Shown: positions 50,961 through 59,297, counted from the stretch's first letter. The stretch: 64,000 bases of DNA from a virus (IMGVR_UViG_3300025608_000019:1775-65774); one strand, 5' to 3'. The notes: generated by a model from the sequence alone, not told the origin. Made by a program: numbers and translations.

Positions 50961-50964
50961 AGTT

Positions 50965-51201
50965 TTATTTTATTATAAGTGATTTTTTAATTTTGTTTAA
51001 AAATCTTTCAGCATCACACGCTTCTTCTAACGTGAACACATCTAGATCCTGAAATAGTAATCCTGTTCCTGTGTTGACAAACACAATCTCTCCTAGTTGT
51101 TCAACTGATGAAACCTGATGAACTGTCATATCCTCTATGTAAACGATATGCGTTGTTTCTGATATTCTATCAATTCTCTCTTCAAAGGAAATCAACTCCA
51201 T
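50965..51201 (-). CDS. Hypothetical protein
   Basis: 78 aa; overlaps the upstream ORF. Confidence 0.6.
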   Translation of the reverse strand: MELISFEERIDRISETTHIVYIEDMTVHQVSSVEQLGEIVFVNTGTGLLFQDLDVFTLEEACDAERFLNKIKKSLIIK

Positions 51202-51575
51202 TCTTTTTCAAAGGTATACCAATGGTCTGCACTTGCACAACAACTCAAACCATCAAGTATAATTATGTCCATTTCAGAACCGCTAAGAGAATCCACAAAG
51301 GCCTTAATATATCCTTCTAGTATTAAATCGTTTTCTGTTCCAGCTTTAGAGATCGCGGTTCTAGTAATAGCAGCTGCAATTCTTATAGCGACTGCATGAT
51401 TATCATTGAATCTCATTCCAGGGTAGAATCGGTCAGTTTGATCGAATTTATCTAAGATCTCGTCTTCTGTAAATCTCATTTTATATAGACCAATTGCCGT
51501 TTCTATAGTTGGAATTGAACTTTTAGCAGGTGTATAATAGCTGACACCATTTGCTTTAATATCTGATACTTTCAT
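51192..51575 (-). CDS. Hypothetical protein
   Basis: 127 aa; A-rich leader. Confidence 0.65.
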   Translation of the reverse strand: MKVSDIKANGVSYYTPAKSSIPTIETAIGLYKMRFTEDEILDKFDQTDRFYPGMRFNDNHAVAIRIAAAITRTAISKAGTENDLILEGYIKAFVDSLSGSEMDIIILDGLSCCASADHWYTFEKEWS

Positions 51576-51591
51576 TTTTTATATTTTTAGA

Positions 51592-51774
51592 TTATGATCT
51601 TAAGAATTCTCCTTCATACTTTACAAGTTCTCCAATTTTAGGAAACTTTACCTTGCTTGCATAATTAACTGCCGCTTTTTGTTCTTTTTTTAGATTCAGT
51701 GCCATTACCATAGTAATGTAAAGAGAATCTCCGACCATTTTACTGTTTTCTGAATTTACGTTTAATTTTGTCAT
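51592..51774 (-). CDS. Small early hypothetical protein
   Basis: 60 aa; directly downstream of a repeated promoter copy. Confidence 0.6.
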   Translation of the reverse strand: MTKLNVNSENSKMVGDSLYITMVMALNLKKEQKAAVNYASKVKFPKIGELVKYEGEFLRS

Positions 51775-51787
51775 TTGTTTGTTTTTT

Positions 51788-51834
51788 AATTATAGTATAA
51801 ATATAATCATTTTAGTTGATATAAAAAAATCTGA
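51788..51834 (-). promoter_or_regulatory. Early promoter copy 1 (CAGA-T7-...-TATATTTATACTATAATT)
   Basis: One of four near-identical ~47-bp elements; TATATTTA resembles the Bacteroidota -7 element TAnnTTTG. Confidence 0.75.
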
Positions 51835-51863
51835 TGTGATTTATTTTGAAAAGTTATTAACAA

Positions 51864-52082
51864 TTAGTATATTGTCTTGTATACTTCTTCGTATACGAAA
51901 TCTGGACACTCATCGTTGAGCCAGTCTAGTTCTTCTTCTGTGAGTTCTCTATATTGTCCATCCCACGTTTCTACAGCTGCACTGCTAATAAATGCGTCAC
52001 AGAAATCTGGGAAGTCTGAAGTATCGATTCCTTCTACTTCAATGTCTACTAATTGGCTTAATTTAAATGTTGGTTCTGTCAT
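51864..52082 (-). CDS. Acidic hypothetical protein
   Basis: DIEVEGIDTSDFPDFCDAFISSA...LTEEELDWLN; a motif I recall from other large phages. Confidence 0.65.
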   Translation of the reverse strand: MTEPTFKLSQLVDIEVEGIDTSDFPDFCDAFISSAAVETWDGQYRELTEEELDWLNDECPDFVYEEVYKTIY

Positions 52083-52093
52083 GATATTAATTT

Positions 52094-52327
52094 TTAAAGG
52101 TTATATGATTGAATGCTAAGATGTGAGTTAAATTCAGATTCTTCTTGTCTCCACATTCTTTGAATTCTTGCAGATTCGTTAGCAATGAATGACATATCTT
52201 CGGCAGTAATAGGACCGTATGTCTTTACTTGACACTCGAAAAAATGAGCTATTGATTCTTGATTATCGCTAGCAATATGATAAGCGATCTTTGGAAGGTA
52301 TCCGTTTGGGTGTTTTAAATTTGACAT
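52094..52327 (-). CDS. Early hypothetical protein
   Basis: 77 aa; directly after promoter copy 2. Confidence 0.65.
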   Translation of the reverse strand: MSNLKHPNGYLPKIAYHIASDNQESIAHFFECQVKTYGPITAEDMSFIANESARIQRMWRQEESEFNSHLSIQSYNL

Positions 52328-52341
52328 AATGTTTGTTTTTT

Positions 52342-52388
52342 AATTATAGTTAAATATAATAAAAATAAACGACATAAAAAAATCTGGA
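52342..52388 (-). promoter_or_regulatory. Early promoter copy 2
   Basis: CCAGA-T7-ATGTC-N12-TATATTTAACTATAATT. Confidence 0.75.
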
Positions 52389-52393
52389 CCAAT

Positions 52394-52726
52394 TTATTTT
52401 ACAAAAACTTTTTTATCATTAAGAATTTCTTCGATATGATCTGAAAATTCTCCGTAATAGGATTTACCACCAATGTTCCATGTTGTTAATTCATTAATTG
52501 TGTATTCAATGTCATATGTTTTCCAGTCATATAGAGTGAATACTTCTCCATCGAAATCGAAGTTCCATTCAAAATGAACCTTACCATCGCCACAATCATC
52601 AGGGCCCCATGTAGGTTCTCCAAAAGCCTCTACCAAATCACTATATCTAGTGTTGTGTAAATATCCTTTAAATGAGGTTCCACTTACAAATCCATCTTCT
52701 CTTGTTCTTTTTGTTAATTTTGACAT
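52394..52726 (-). CDS. Conserved phage hypothetical protein
   Basis: GTSFKGY...YSDLVEAFGEP...DGKVHFEW...FTLYDWK...WNIGG. Confidence 0.7.
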   Translation of the reverse strand: MSKLTKRTREDGFVSGTSFKGYLHNTRYSDLVEAFGEPTWGPDDCGDGKVHFEWNFDFDGEVFTLYDWKTYDIEYTINELTTWNIGGKSYYGEFSDHIEEILNDKKVFVK

Positions 52727-52739
52727 GTTGTTGTTTTTT

Positions 52740-52787
52740 AATTATAGTATAAATATAAACAAAATAAACGACATAAAAAAATCTGGA
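52740..52787 (-). promoter_or_regulatory. Early promoter copy 3
   Basis: CCAGA-T7-ATGTC-N12-TATATTTATACTATAATT. Confidence 0.78.
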
Positions 52788-52814
52788 GTGAATTATTTTT
52801 AAAAAAGTTTACAT

Positions 52815-52835
52815 AAAAAAAGGGACCGAAGTCCC
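52815..52835 (-). terminator. Rho-independent terminator (UUCG tetraloop)
   Basis: Minus strand GGGAC-TTCG-GTCCC-T7. Confidence 0.88.
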
Positions 52836-52857
52836 TGGCACTCGACTGGCAGTCAAG

Positions 52858-53202
52858 TTATTTCCAAAATAATTGTATTCCTATGATACAACACGCTAAT
52901 ATTAGACATACTGCGGTTTTTGCTGTAATTCCTTCATCTAATAAATAATACGTAAGAGCAGTGAACGTTATGATTCCACAAGTAAATCCAATAAATCTGC
53001 CAGGCCATATTTGACCGTCGTAATATTCTGCTATAAATCTGGTTGCAAGTATAAACATATAACTAATTACAGTACCACCAATTATCGAAATGGTTAATGG
53101 ATTCTTTTTAAACCATGGCCAGACAAATTGTCCGTTAGTTTGAATCCATATCATAGATTGCCCTAGCGCAAATAATAAAACGCCTGCTAAAAGTCCTCTC
53201 AT
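52858..53202 (-). CDS. Small multi-pass membrane protein (SMR/DMT-like)
   Basis: 114 aa; about 4 hydrophobic helices; C-terminal KTAVCLILACCIIGIQLFW. Confidence 0.6.
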   Translation of the reverse strand: MRGLLAGVLLFALGQSMIWIQTNGQFVWPWFKKNPLTISIIGGTVISYMFILATRFIAEYYDGQIWPGRFIGFTCGIITFTALTYYLLDEGITAKTAVCLILACCIIGIQLFWK

Positions 53203-53837
53203 TAGAATAAAGATCCTGTTTCTGTTAATAAATGAGAGATAAAACTTTCTCTGTGATTTTCAGTAGGGCCTAATTCTTTAATAGCATTAATATGTTGTTT
53301 AGTTCCGTATCCTTTATTCGAATTCCAACCATATCCGTAGGTTTCTTCGTCTAATTCTTTCATCATAGCATCTCTACTTGTTTTCGCTAAAATACTGGCA
53401 GCAGCGATTGATGTGTATTTATTGTCTCCACCAATTACAGTTTTAAAAGGAATTCCATCAAAGCCATGGAATTGATCTCCATCAACTAAAATAAAATCAA
53501 AGTGTTTGTTAGTTTCTTTTAGGTTCGACAAACACAGATGCATACCTCTAAGAGTTGCTCTTAATATATTTGTTGATTCAATTTCAGTAGGACTAACGTG
53601 CTCTACGTGATATGCTAGTGCGTTATCAAGTACTATTTTTCTAGCCTCTTTTCTCTGTTTTTCGTTAAGTAATTTAGAATCTTTAATAAGAGGATGGCTA
53701 AATCCATGCGGCATTATGCATGCTGATACTGTTACTGGACCTGCAAGAGCTCCTCTACCTGCTTCGTCAATACCTACTTCAATAATATCTGAGTCATTAT
53801 TGAAGCTACCTTTAAGTGAAATAATTTTAGATTCCAT
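53202..53837 (-). CDS. rnhB: Ribonuclease HII
   Basis: GIDEAGRGALAGPV, DSKLL, LVDG, GDNKY.SIAAASILAK..RD, KGYGT..H. Confidence 0.95.
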   Translation of the reverse strand: MESKIISLKGSFNNDSDIIEVGIDEAGRGALAGPVTVSACIMPHGFSHPLIKDSKLLNEKQRKEARKIVLDNALAYHVEHVSPTEIESTNILRATLRGMHLCLSNLKETNKHFDFILVDGDQFHGFDGIPFKTVIGGDNKYTSIAAASILAKTSRDAMMKELDEETYGYGWNSNKGYGTKQHINAIKELGPTENHRESFISHLLTETGSLF

Positions 53838-53883
53838 GTGTTTAATTTTATACTAGTTATACACATGGAATCAATTTTGTTTC

Positions 53884-54591
53884 TTATTTATCTGGATTTT
53901 CGATCTTCCACTTATCGTATTTATTTACAACATCTTGTAGAATCTTAGCTCTAACAATATCTTTGTTTTCAAATACATGGTGTCCAATTCCCTTAACACC
54001 GTCCATTAGTTTAATAAATCCAGGAAGTCCAACATTATTTTTTGGTATATCATATTGGCTAACATCTCCAGTTACTATGACTTTAGATCCTTTACCCATT
54101 CTAGTAACAAATAGCATTAACTGTTTAAATGTTGCGTTTTGAGCCTCATCGAGTATCATTAATGACTTATCAAATGTATCTCCTCTCATAAACGCAAGAG
54201 GCTTAAATAATATTATTTCGTTTTCGACTAGGGCTTCAGTTACCTGATCTCCTATAATTTTTTTAAGGTTCGATACATAAGACTGCATATATGGATCAGT
54301 CTTTTCTTTTATATCTCCAGGTAAGAATCCTAGTTTTTCACCAGATTCTTGTATTGGTTTACATAAAACAATTTGAGAAATTTCTTTGTTGGCTAATAGT
54401 TTTAAAGCAGTGTAACATGCCGTAAAAGTTTTAGAAGTACCCGCAGGTCCTTGACAAAATGTGATTTGATTTTCTAATATTGTGTTTACGTATTTATTTT
54501 GAGTTTGCCTTAATTGGGCTTTTATATTTTCAGGTTTAATATTAATATTTCTTTTGCCAGCTGGCATTCTTGAACTATTACCTTTATCCAT
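53884..54591 (-). CDS. phoH: PhoH-family ATPase
   Basis: GPAGTSKTF, GEKLGFLPGD, LAFMRG.TF, LDEAQN, VTGD.SQ.D, DIVR. Confidence 0.95.
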   Translation of the reverse strand: MDKGNSSRMPAGKRNINIKPENIKAQLRQTQNKYVNTILENQITFCQGPAGTSKTFTACYTALKLLANKEISQIVLCKPIQESGEKLGFLPGDIKEKTDPYMQSYVSNLKKIIGDQVTEALVENEIILFKPLAFMRGDTFDKSLMILDEAQNATFKQLMLFVTRMGKGSKVIVTGDVSQYDIPKNNVGLPGFIKLMDGVKGIGHHVFENKDIVRAKILQDVVNKYDKWKIENPDK

Positions 54592-54607
54592 TTATTATAT
54601 GTTTTAT

Positions 54608-54871
54608 TTAGTCACCTGCCATAATGACAAGTTCTTTAAGCTTAGAAAGAGCATCGCATTTTTCATATTCTTCGATCTCTATAAAGTATTTCATTAATAC
54701 ATCTATAAATTTACTTCTCTGTCCGACTCCATGTGGAATATCGATTATGTTTAAACCATCTCGAAAAACTACAAATCTGTTTACGGTCTTTGTAAAATTT
54801 CTTGTGATTATATAATAGCTAGACCTCATAAGAGAATCTCGGTCATCTCCTATATTATCATTCATTTTCAA
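54608..54871 (-). CDS. UVR-motif small protein 1
   Basis: C-terminal YFIEIEEYEKCDALSKL. Confidence 0.6.
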   Translation of the reverse strand: MKMNDNIGDDRDSLMRSSYYIITRNFTKTVNRFVVFRDGLNIIDIPHGVGQRSKFIDVLMKYFIEIEEYEKCDALSKLKELVIMAGD

Positions 54872-54972
54872 ATTCTTATTTTTAATACGTGTTTCGTATT
54901 TTGTATAATGTATATATTTAATGTCGCTTCAGGTTAAGACAACCGGAGTAAAAAAAATATCATATCATTATA

Positions 54973-55164
54973 CTACCATTTGTTTTCTTGGTCTCTAATT
55001 GATTGAATGAATTTAGCTTTGGTATTTTGTTTTCTTTTAGTTATTGATGGTTTTTCAAACTCTTTTCTATCTCTTAATTCTTGAGTTTGTTTAGTACTTC
55101 TGACTTTATATTTTAATTGTTTAAGAGCTCTTTCTATATTATTATCTACTTTGATTATTATCAT
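54973..55164 (-). CDS. rpsU: Ribosomal protein bS21
   Basis: IKVDNNIERALK..K.KV...ELRDRKEFEKPS..KRK; canonical S21 motifs, 63 aa. Confidence 0.92.
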   Translation of the reverse strand: MIIIKVDNNIERALKQLKYKVRSTKQTQELRDRKEFEKPSITKRKQNTKAKFIQSIRDQENKW

Positions 55165-55411
55165 ATTCGTTTATTATTTTCTTAATTTCATGGCACTTCT
55201 CATATTCTTCTCTTTCTTTAAAAAAGTTTAAAATATTAGTTAGTCCCTCTATTTTTGTAGAATTAGAAGCCTCATGATTAAGTGCACCGTGTCGTTTGTT
55301 AACAATTGCATTGTATATCATTTCCATCATCGTTTCTTTAGAAGATTCTTGTAAATCTTTCATAAAACCCATTTGGCTTCCATCATATTCTTCTATATCA
55401 TCCATTATCAT
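55142..55411 (-). CDS. UVR-motif small protein 2
   Basis: C-terminal FFKEREEYEKCHEIKKII; stop overlaps the bS21 start. Confidence 0.6.
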   Translation of the reverse strand: MIMDDIEEYDGSQMGFMKDLQESSKETMMEMIYNAIVNKRHGALNHEASNSTKIEGLTNILNFFKEREEYEKCHEIKKIINEYDNNQSR

Positions 55412-56207
55412 TTTTAATATTTTTTAGGTATCTTATTTGATCTTCACTCAGTTGTATGTTATTAGTTCTAAGCTTGACCATTAAATTACCATAATCATCT
55501 GTATTATATATTGGCATTCCTTTTCCAACGACTCTTAACATTTTAGAATCATAAGAACCTTGAGGAACCTTGATTTTAACAGAATGTATCTTTGTCTTTA
55601 TTTCGAATTCTCCACCTAATAATAAATCGAACCAATCTAATTGTAGATCTACGAAGATATCTGAACCATTTACTATAAGTTCAGTATCGTGTAAAACGTT
55701 TACAGTGACTATGACGTCTCCCTTGGGTGCTGAAGTATTTATTGGATGATTTGCACCTCTTCCTTTAATTTTTAATTTAGCGCCGTTTAGTATTCCTTTA
55801 GGTATATTAAGATTAAATCCAGTGTCTCCTAAATTAATATATCTTCTAGTTCCAGAATATACCTCATCAAATGTTATGTTTAAAGAAACTCTAATATCTG
55901 CTCCTTTTGATTCTCCACCAAATGAACTATTGAATATATCTGAAAAACTATCTGAATTATTAAAGGCACTTCTCCAAGCATTGTTAAAACGCTCTTGTTG
56001 AGGATCTCCCCTTCTATTACTAAAGTCGTAAGATTTTTTAGAATTAGGATCTCCTAAAACCTCATACGCTTCTGCTATTTTTTTAAATTTTGCATCATCT
56101 CCACCATTTTTATCTGGATGATATTGCTTAGCTAGCTTTCGATAAGATTTTTTAATTTCTTCGATTGTTGCATTTGGAGAAACGTTTAGAGTTTCATAAT
56201 GCCCCAT
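55398..56207 (-). CDS. dnaJ: DnaJ/CbpA-like co-chaperone (no Zn finger)
   Basis: J-domain YRKLAKQYHPD...AYEVLGD; G/F region; C-terminal domain GADI...GKGMP...GNLMV. Confidence 0.9.
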   Translation of the reverse strand: MGHYETLNVSPNATIEEIKKSYRKLAKQYHPDKNGGDDAKFKKIAEAYEVLGDPNSKKSYDFSNRRGDPQQERFNNAWRSAFNNSDSFSDIFNSSFGGESKGADIRVSLNITFDEVYSGTRRYINLGDTGFNLNIPKGILNGAKLKIKGRGANHPINTSAPKGDVIVTVNVLHDTELIVNGSDIFVDLQLDWFDLLLGGEFEIKTKIHSVKIKVPQGSYDSKMLRVVGKGMPIYNTDDYGNLMVKLRTNNIQLSEDQIRYLKNIKNDNG

Positions 56208-56404
56208 TACTTATCTTTTTTAGAAGTTGCTATTTTTGCTCTTATGTGCTTTTTCGCCTCAGACATCATAGCAGCTTTTGCTTTTTTCGATTCTTCGATT
56301 CTTGCCTTTCTGCTAATATTGATACCTCTTCTTTCTGTGTTTTCCATTGAAGTGGCGATTCTTTCAAGGGCTTCTGCAATTCTATTTAAAGTTGAATCTT
56401 CCAT
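56207..56404 (-). CDS. Small basic coiled-coil protein
   Basis: Start re-called at MEDSTL (56404), 26 nt downstream of an AATATATA box; the longer start overlaps the upstream gene. Confidence 0.55.
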   Translation of the reverse strand: MEDSTLNRIAEALERIATSMENTERRGINISRKARIEESKKAKAAMMSEAKKHIRAKIATSKKDK

Positions 56405-56429
56405 ATTATTATATTTCTTTATTATTGTA

Positions 56430-56720
56430 TTATATATTTTCAATTTCCTTGATAAATTCTACGACCTTTGCGCATTTTTCATATTGTTCAAGTTCTTGAA
56501 ACATATTTAACATCTCAGTAAGGGTTCTATGTATTGGTTCTAGATCGACGCCCATCGAGTTCATTGTTTCAATATCAAGCCCTTTTAAAATAAGAGCATG
56601 GTAGTTTTCATTAGCTAATTTAAGCTTAATTATTTCTAGTTCTTCTTTCATTTCAGAATCTTTAATTAGTTCAGCGATTTCATCTTTAAAATCATCTTCG
56701 AATTCTTCGTAATCTTCCAT
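56430..56720 (-). CDS. UVR-motif small protein 3
   Basis: C-terminal MFQELEQYEKCAKVVEFI; first gene after early promoter copy 4. Confidence 0.6.
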   Translation of the reverse strand: MEDYEEFEDDFKDEIAELIKDSEMKEELEIIKLKLANENYHALILKGLDIETMNSMGVDLEPIHRTLTEMLNMFQELEQYEKCAKVVEFIKEIENI

Positions 56721-56736
56721 ATCTTTTAATTGTTTT

Positions 56737-56784
56737 AATTATAGTATAAATATAATCATTTTAAATGACATAAAAAAATCTGGA
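56737..56784 (-). promoter_or_regulatory. Early promoter copy 4
   Basis: CCAGA-T7-ATGTC-N12-TATATTTATACTATAATT. Confidence 0.78.
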
Positions 56785-56806
56785 GTGATTTATTTTTAAA
56801 TTATTT

Positions 56807-57643
56807 TTATAAATTTACAGTAATTGCCAGTTCGAGTAGTTTATAAATTGTAGAATTTATATTGTTTTCAGCAATTGATCTTTCATACTGTGTACCAAGC
56901 CCTTCGGATTTATTAGCTTCACTCGACCTGTTTATATATTGATTATATCTATCGGTAACGAAATCACTGCCAAGGTGCTTGTAGTGTAAAAGTTTTAGTG
57001 GCACTTCTTGGAATAAATATGTTGATTCAAATAACATTTCAAACTTTCCCCATGGATTTCCTTTATATTCTCCAATCGGTCTAATGCCATGCGGAATTGG
57101 GTGAAATATATCTCCTGATAATTTAGAAGTTCTGTAGTCAATCTCATGGCAACCTTCAACCCACTCAAAATTTTGAACCATATTAGGATTCAGTAATATT
57201 GGTTTAGTATACCATGCATCTGGCAATCCAGTTAAAATAGATTCATATATTTGGTCTTCTGTTTTTGGAAAATAAGAAGAAACCATTTGAAACCCTGCTG
57301 GAAAAAACACTGATGTTTTATTGAGATGTTCTTTTAAGAAATTTAAAATGTTAGGATGATATACAAACTCGTCACAATCTCCAATTATTACATAGTCACA
57401 ATTTCCTTTAGCCTCTTCTATTGCTCTTCCCTTTAAAGCAAGATGCACGAAGTCATCGAGAGTTCCTTCAGTTTTAAATGTTCTTATTTCAGTATTTGGA
57501 TATGAGTTAATTATTTCATGCGATCTGTCGTCAGATTCGTTGTCAAAGAAAATCATCCTTTCACAGAATTGAGAATAATGCTTAAGATAAAACGGTAGCA
57601 TTTTTTCTTCATTCCATATTGTTGCGAATGCCCATACTTTCAT
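56807..57643 (-). CDS. Glycosyltransferase (GT2-like, Glyco_tranf_2_4 type)
   Basis: WNEEKMLPFYLKHY, FFDNESDD, DYVIIGDCDEF, LLHYKH. Confidence 0.85.
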   Translation of the reverse strand: MKVWAFATIWNEEKMLPFYLKHYSQFCERMIFFDNESDDRSHEIINSYPNTEIRTFKTEGTLDDFVHLALKGRAIEEAKGNCDYVIIGDCDEFVYHPNILNFLKEHLNKTSVFFPAGFQMVSSYFPKTEDQIYESILTGLPDAWYTKPILLNPNMVQNFEWVEGCHEIDYRTSKLSGDIFHPIPHGIRPIGEYKGNPWGKFEMLFESTYLFQEVPLKLLHYKHLGSDFVTDRYNQYINRSSEANKSEGLGTQYERSIAENNINSTIYKLLELAITVNL

Positions 57644-57644
57644 G

Positions 57645-58367
57645 TTAATCTATAATATTTAGATTAGATATTCTTAACATCACATTCATTGTTGCTTTAA
57701 CATCCCCTTCACAGTAATCTTTTATTTTCTCTAGATTACCAGCCCAATATTGATCAGTTGTTTCTACAGCATGCATAATATCTTTTGGTGATGGAATATC
57801 TAGAGTTTCACAAATTAAATCAAGTGATGCGCTATTCCAACCCGCAAATTTCCAGATTTCATAAGTATCTAATAGGCAATTTTCCCAAGGTTTCTTTTTT
57901 TGAAAATGAAATTGATGCGGTATCGACAGCCCGTTAATAATAGATCTTTTAATAATAAATGGCATATCAAAGTTCTTAATATTATGGCCAATTAATTTAA
58001 TACCTGGCTTTGCATCAAAAACAGATTGCATAGTACCTAAGAATTCTCTAAGTAATTCAGATTCGTCATCTCCATAAAAGGATTTAATTTTAGAAATAGA
58101 GGTTGTACCATTTTCTTCAAATTGTATTTGACCAATAGATATCACTCTTATTTTACCAAATTCAGGAGAAAGCGCAGTCATATGTTGATACATTTCTGCA
58201 TCGTCTTTTTCTACATGCTCTCCTCCTCTTCGATACTGATCAGCCTTTCTTGACCAATGCTCTACTGCTCTCGGTCTATTCTCTTCAAATTCTTTAAATT
58301 CTCTAAATTCTGAAGTTGTTTCAATATCTATAAACAACATTCCTTTTAAATCTTCAGGTCTATACAT
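57645..58367 (-). CDS. PolB-related stand-alone 3'-5' exonuclease (DEDD)
   Basis: FIDIET, ALSPEFGKI..ISIG, GHNIKNFD.PF, KPWE..LDT, YCEGDV. Confidence 0.85.
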   Translation of the reverse strand: MYRPEDLKGMLFIDIETTSEFREFKEFEENRPRAVEHWSRKADQYRRGGEHVEKDDAEMYQHMTALSPEFGKIRVISIGQIQFEENGTTSISKIKSFYGDDESELLREFLGTMQSVFDAKPGIKLIGHNIKNFDMPFIIKRSIINGLSIPHQFHFQKKKPWENCLLDTYEIWKFAGWNSASLDLICETLDIPSPKDIMHAVETTDQYWAGNLEKIKDYCEGDVKATMNVMLRISNLNIID

Positions 58368-58634
58368 TTAATTTATTTTATGAGGGTTGTTTTCTCTAAT
58401 ATCGTGAATGGCTACTGGATACTTCATCATTCTCGGTTCAGTACCGTTTTTAGCAGAGTACTGTTGCATTGCTTCGAACGTGTAATATTTAAACCCGTAA
58501 TGAGAAGTTAGTTTTTCCGAAACATTAACACACTTTCCGTATTCAATGGAACCTGCAAAATAGAAATAATAATCTTTTCCTATCTTTGGGTTTTTAACAA
58601 GTATCTTTTTTTCTATTTTCTTTGCCATATACAT
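58368..58634 (-). CDS. Hypothetical SH3/KOW-like small protein
   Basis: 88 aa; beta-rich PKIGKDYYFYFAGSIEYGKC. Confidence 0.55.
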   Translation of the reverse strand: MYMAKKIEKKILVKNPKIGKDYYFYFAGSIEYGKCVNVSEKLTSHYGFKYYTFEAMQQYSAKNGTEPRMMKYPVAIHDIRENNPHKIN

Positions 58635-58662
58635 ATTATATATGGAAACTAGATAAAGTTTA

Positions 58663-59295
58663 TTATTTGACTAGTTTAATGTTAAACGCGATTGATATTC
58701 TAATTTCTTTAGAATCTGTCTTAGGAACCATATGTTCTAAATGACTTGGGAAAATAACGATATCTCCTTCATCTAGGCTAGGTGTAAATCTTGGGTGGTA
58801 TGTTCCATGTCCAAGGTGATTAAAATCAATTCTATTCTTTAATTCAGGATTTGAATCTAATAGATACTTAATAGTAGATCCTTGTGGATTAATAAAAGTA
58901 ATTGGCCAATGTTCTTCTGGATTGAATTTAATAAAGTGAACTATTGAAAATACATCTGGAATATGCTCATGGATATTTGCAGTCTGTCCAGGGCCATATG
59001 CAGTATACCATATATCTCCTATGATTTCCCAGCTATGGTAGCCCTCTCCGAAATATTCTATTAAAAACTTATTAATATATTTTCCATATGTTGGGATTGC
59101 TATATTCCAGTCTATTACATTCTTTAATTTTTCTGAATTAGCGTACGATGTATGCACATTCCAATCGTCTGACGCTTGAGGAGCTTCGTGGTAATTTTCA
59201 AGCATTAAAGGAACATAACTTTCTTTAATAAAGTCATGCTCCTCAATTCTGTCTTGCCAATAAAACGGTGCAAATATGTTTTCAAAGAATCCCAT
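58663..59295 (-). CDS. 2OG-Fe(II) oxygenase (TIGR02466-like)
   Basis: HEH...FSIVHFI, EGDIVIFPSHLEHMV, RISIAFN. Confidence 0.85.
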   Translation of the reverse strand: MGFFENIFAPFYWQDRIEEHDFIKESYVPLMLENYHEAPQASDDWNVHTSYANSEKLKNVIDWNIAIPTYGKYINKFLIEYFGEGYHSWEIIGDIWYTAYGPGQTANIHEHIPDVFSIVHFIKFNPEEHWPITFINPQGSTIKYLLDSNPELKNRIDFNHLGHGTYHPRFTPSLDEGDIVIFPSHLEHMVPKTDSKEIRISIAFNIKLVK

Positions 59296-59297
59296 TA

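Noticed and set aside
54872-54972. Possible structured RNA downstream of bS21 (GGTT-GTCTT-AACC and an overlapping GTC/GAC pairing)
   Set aside because: Stems are only 3-4 bp and cannot be distinguished from chance without covariation data.
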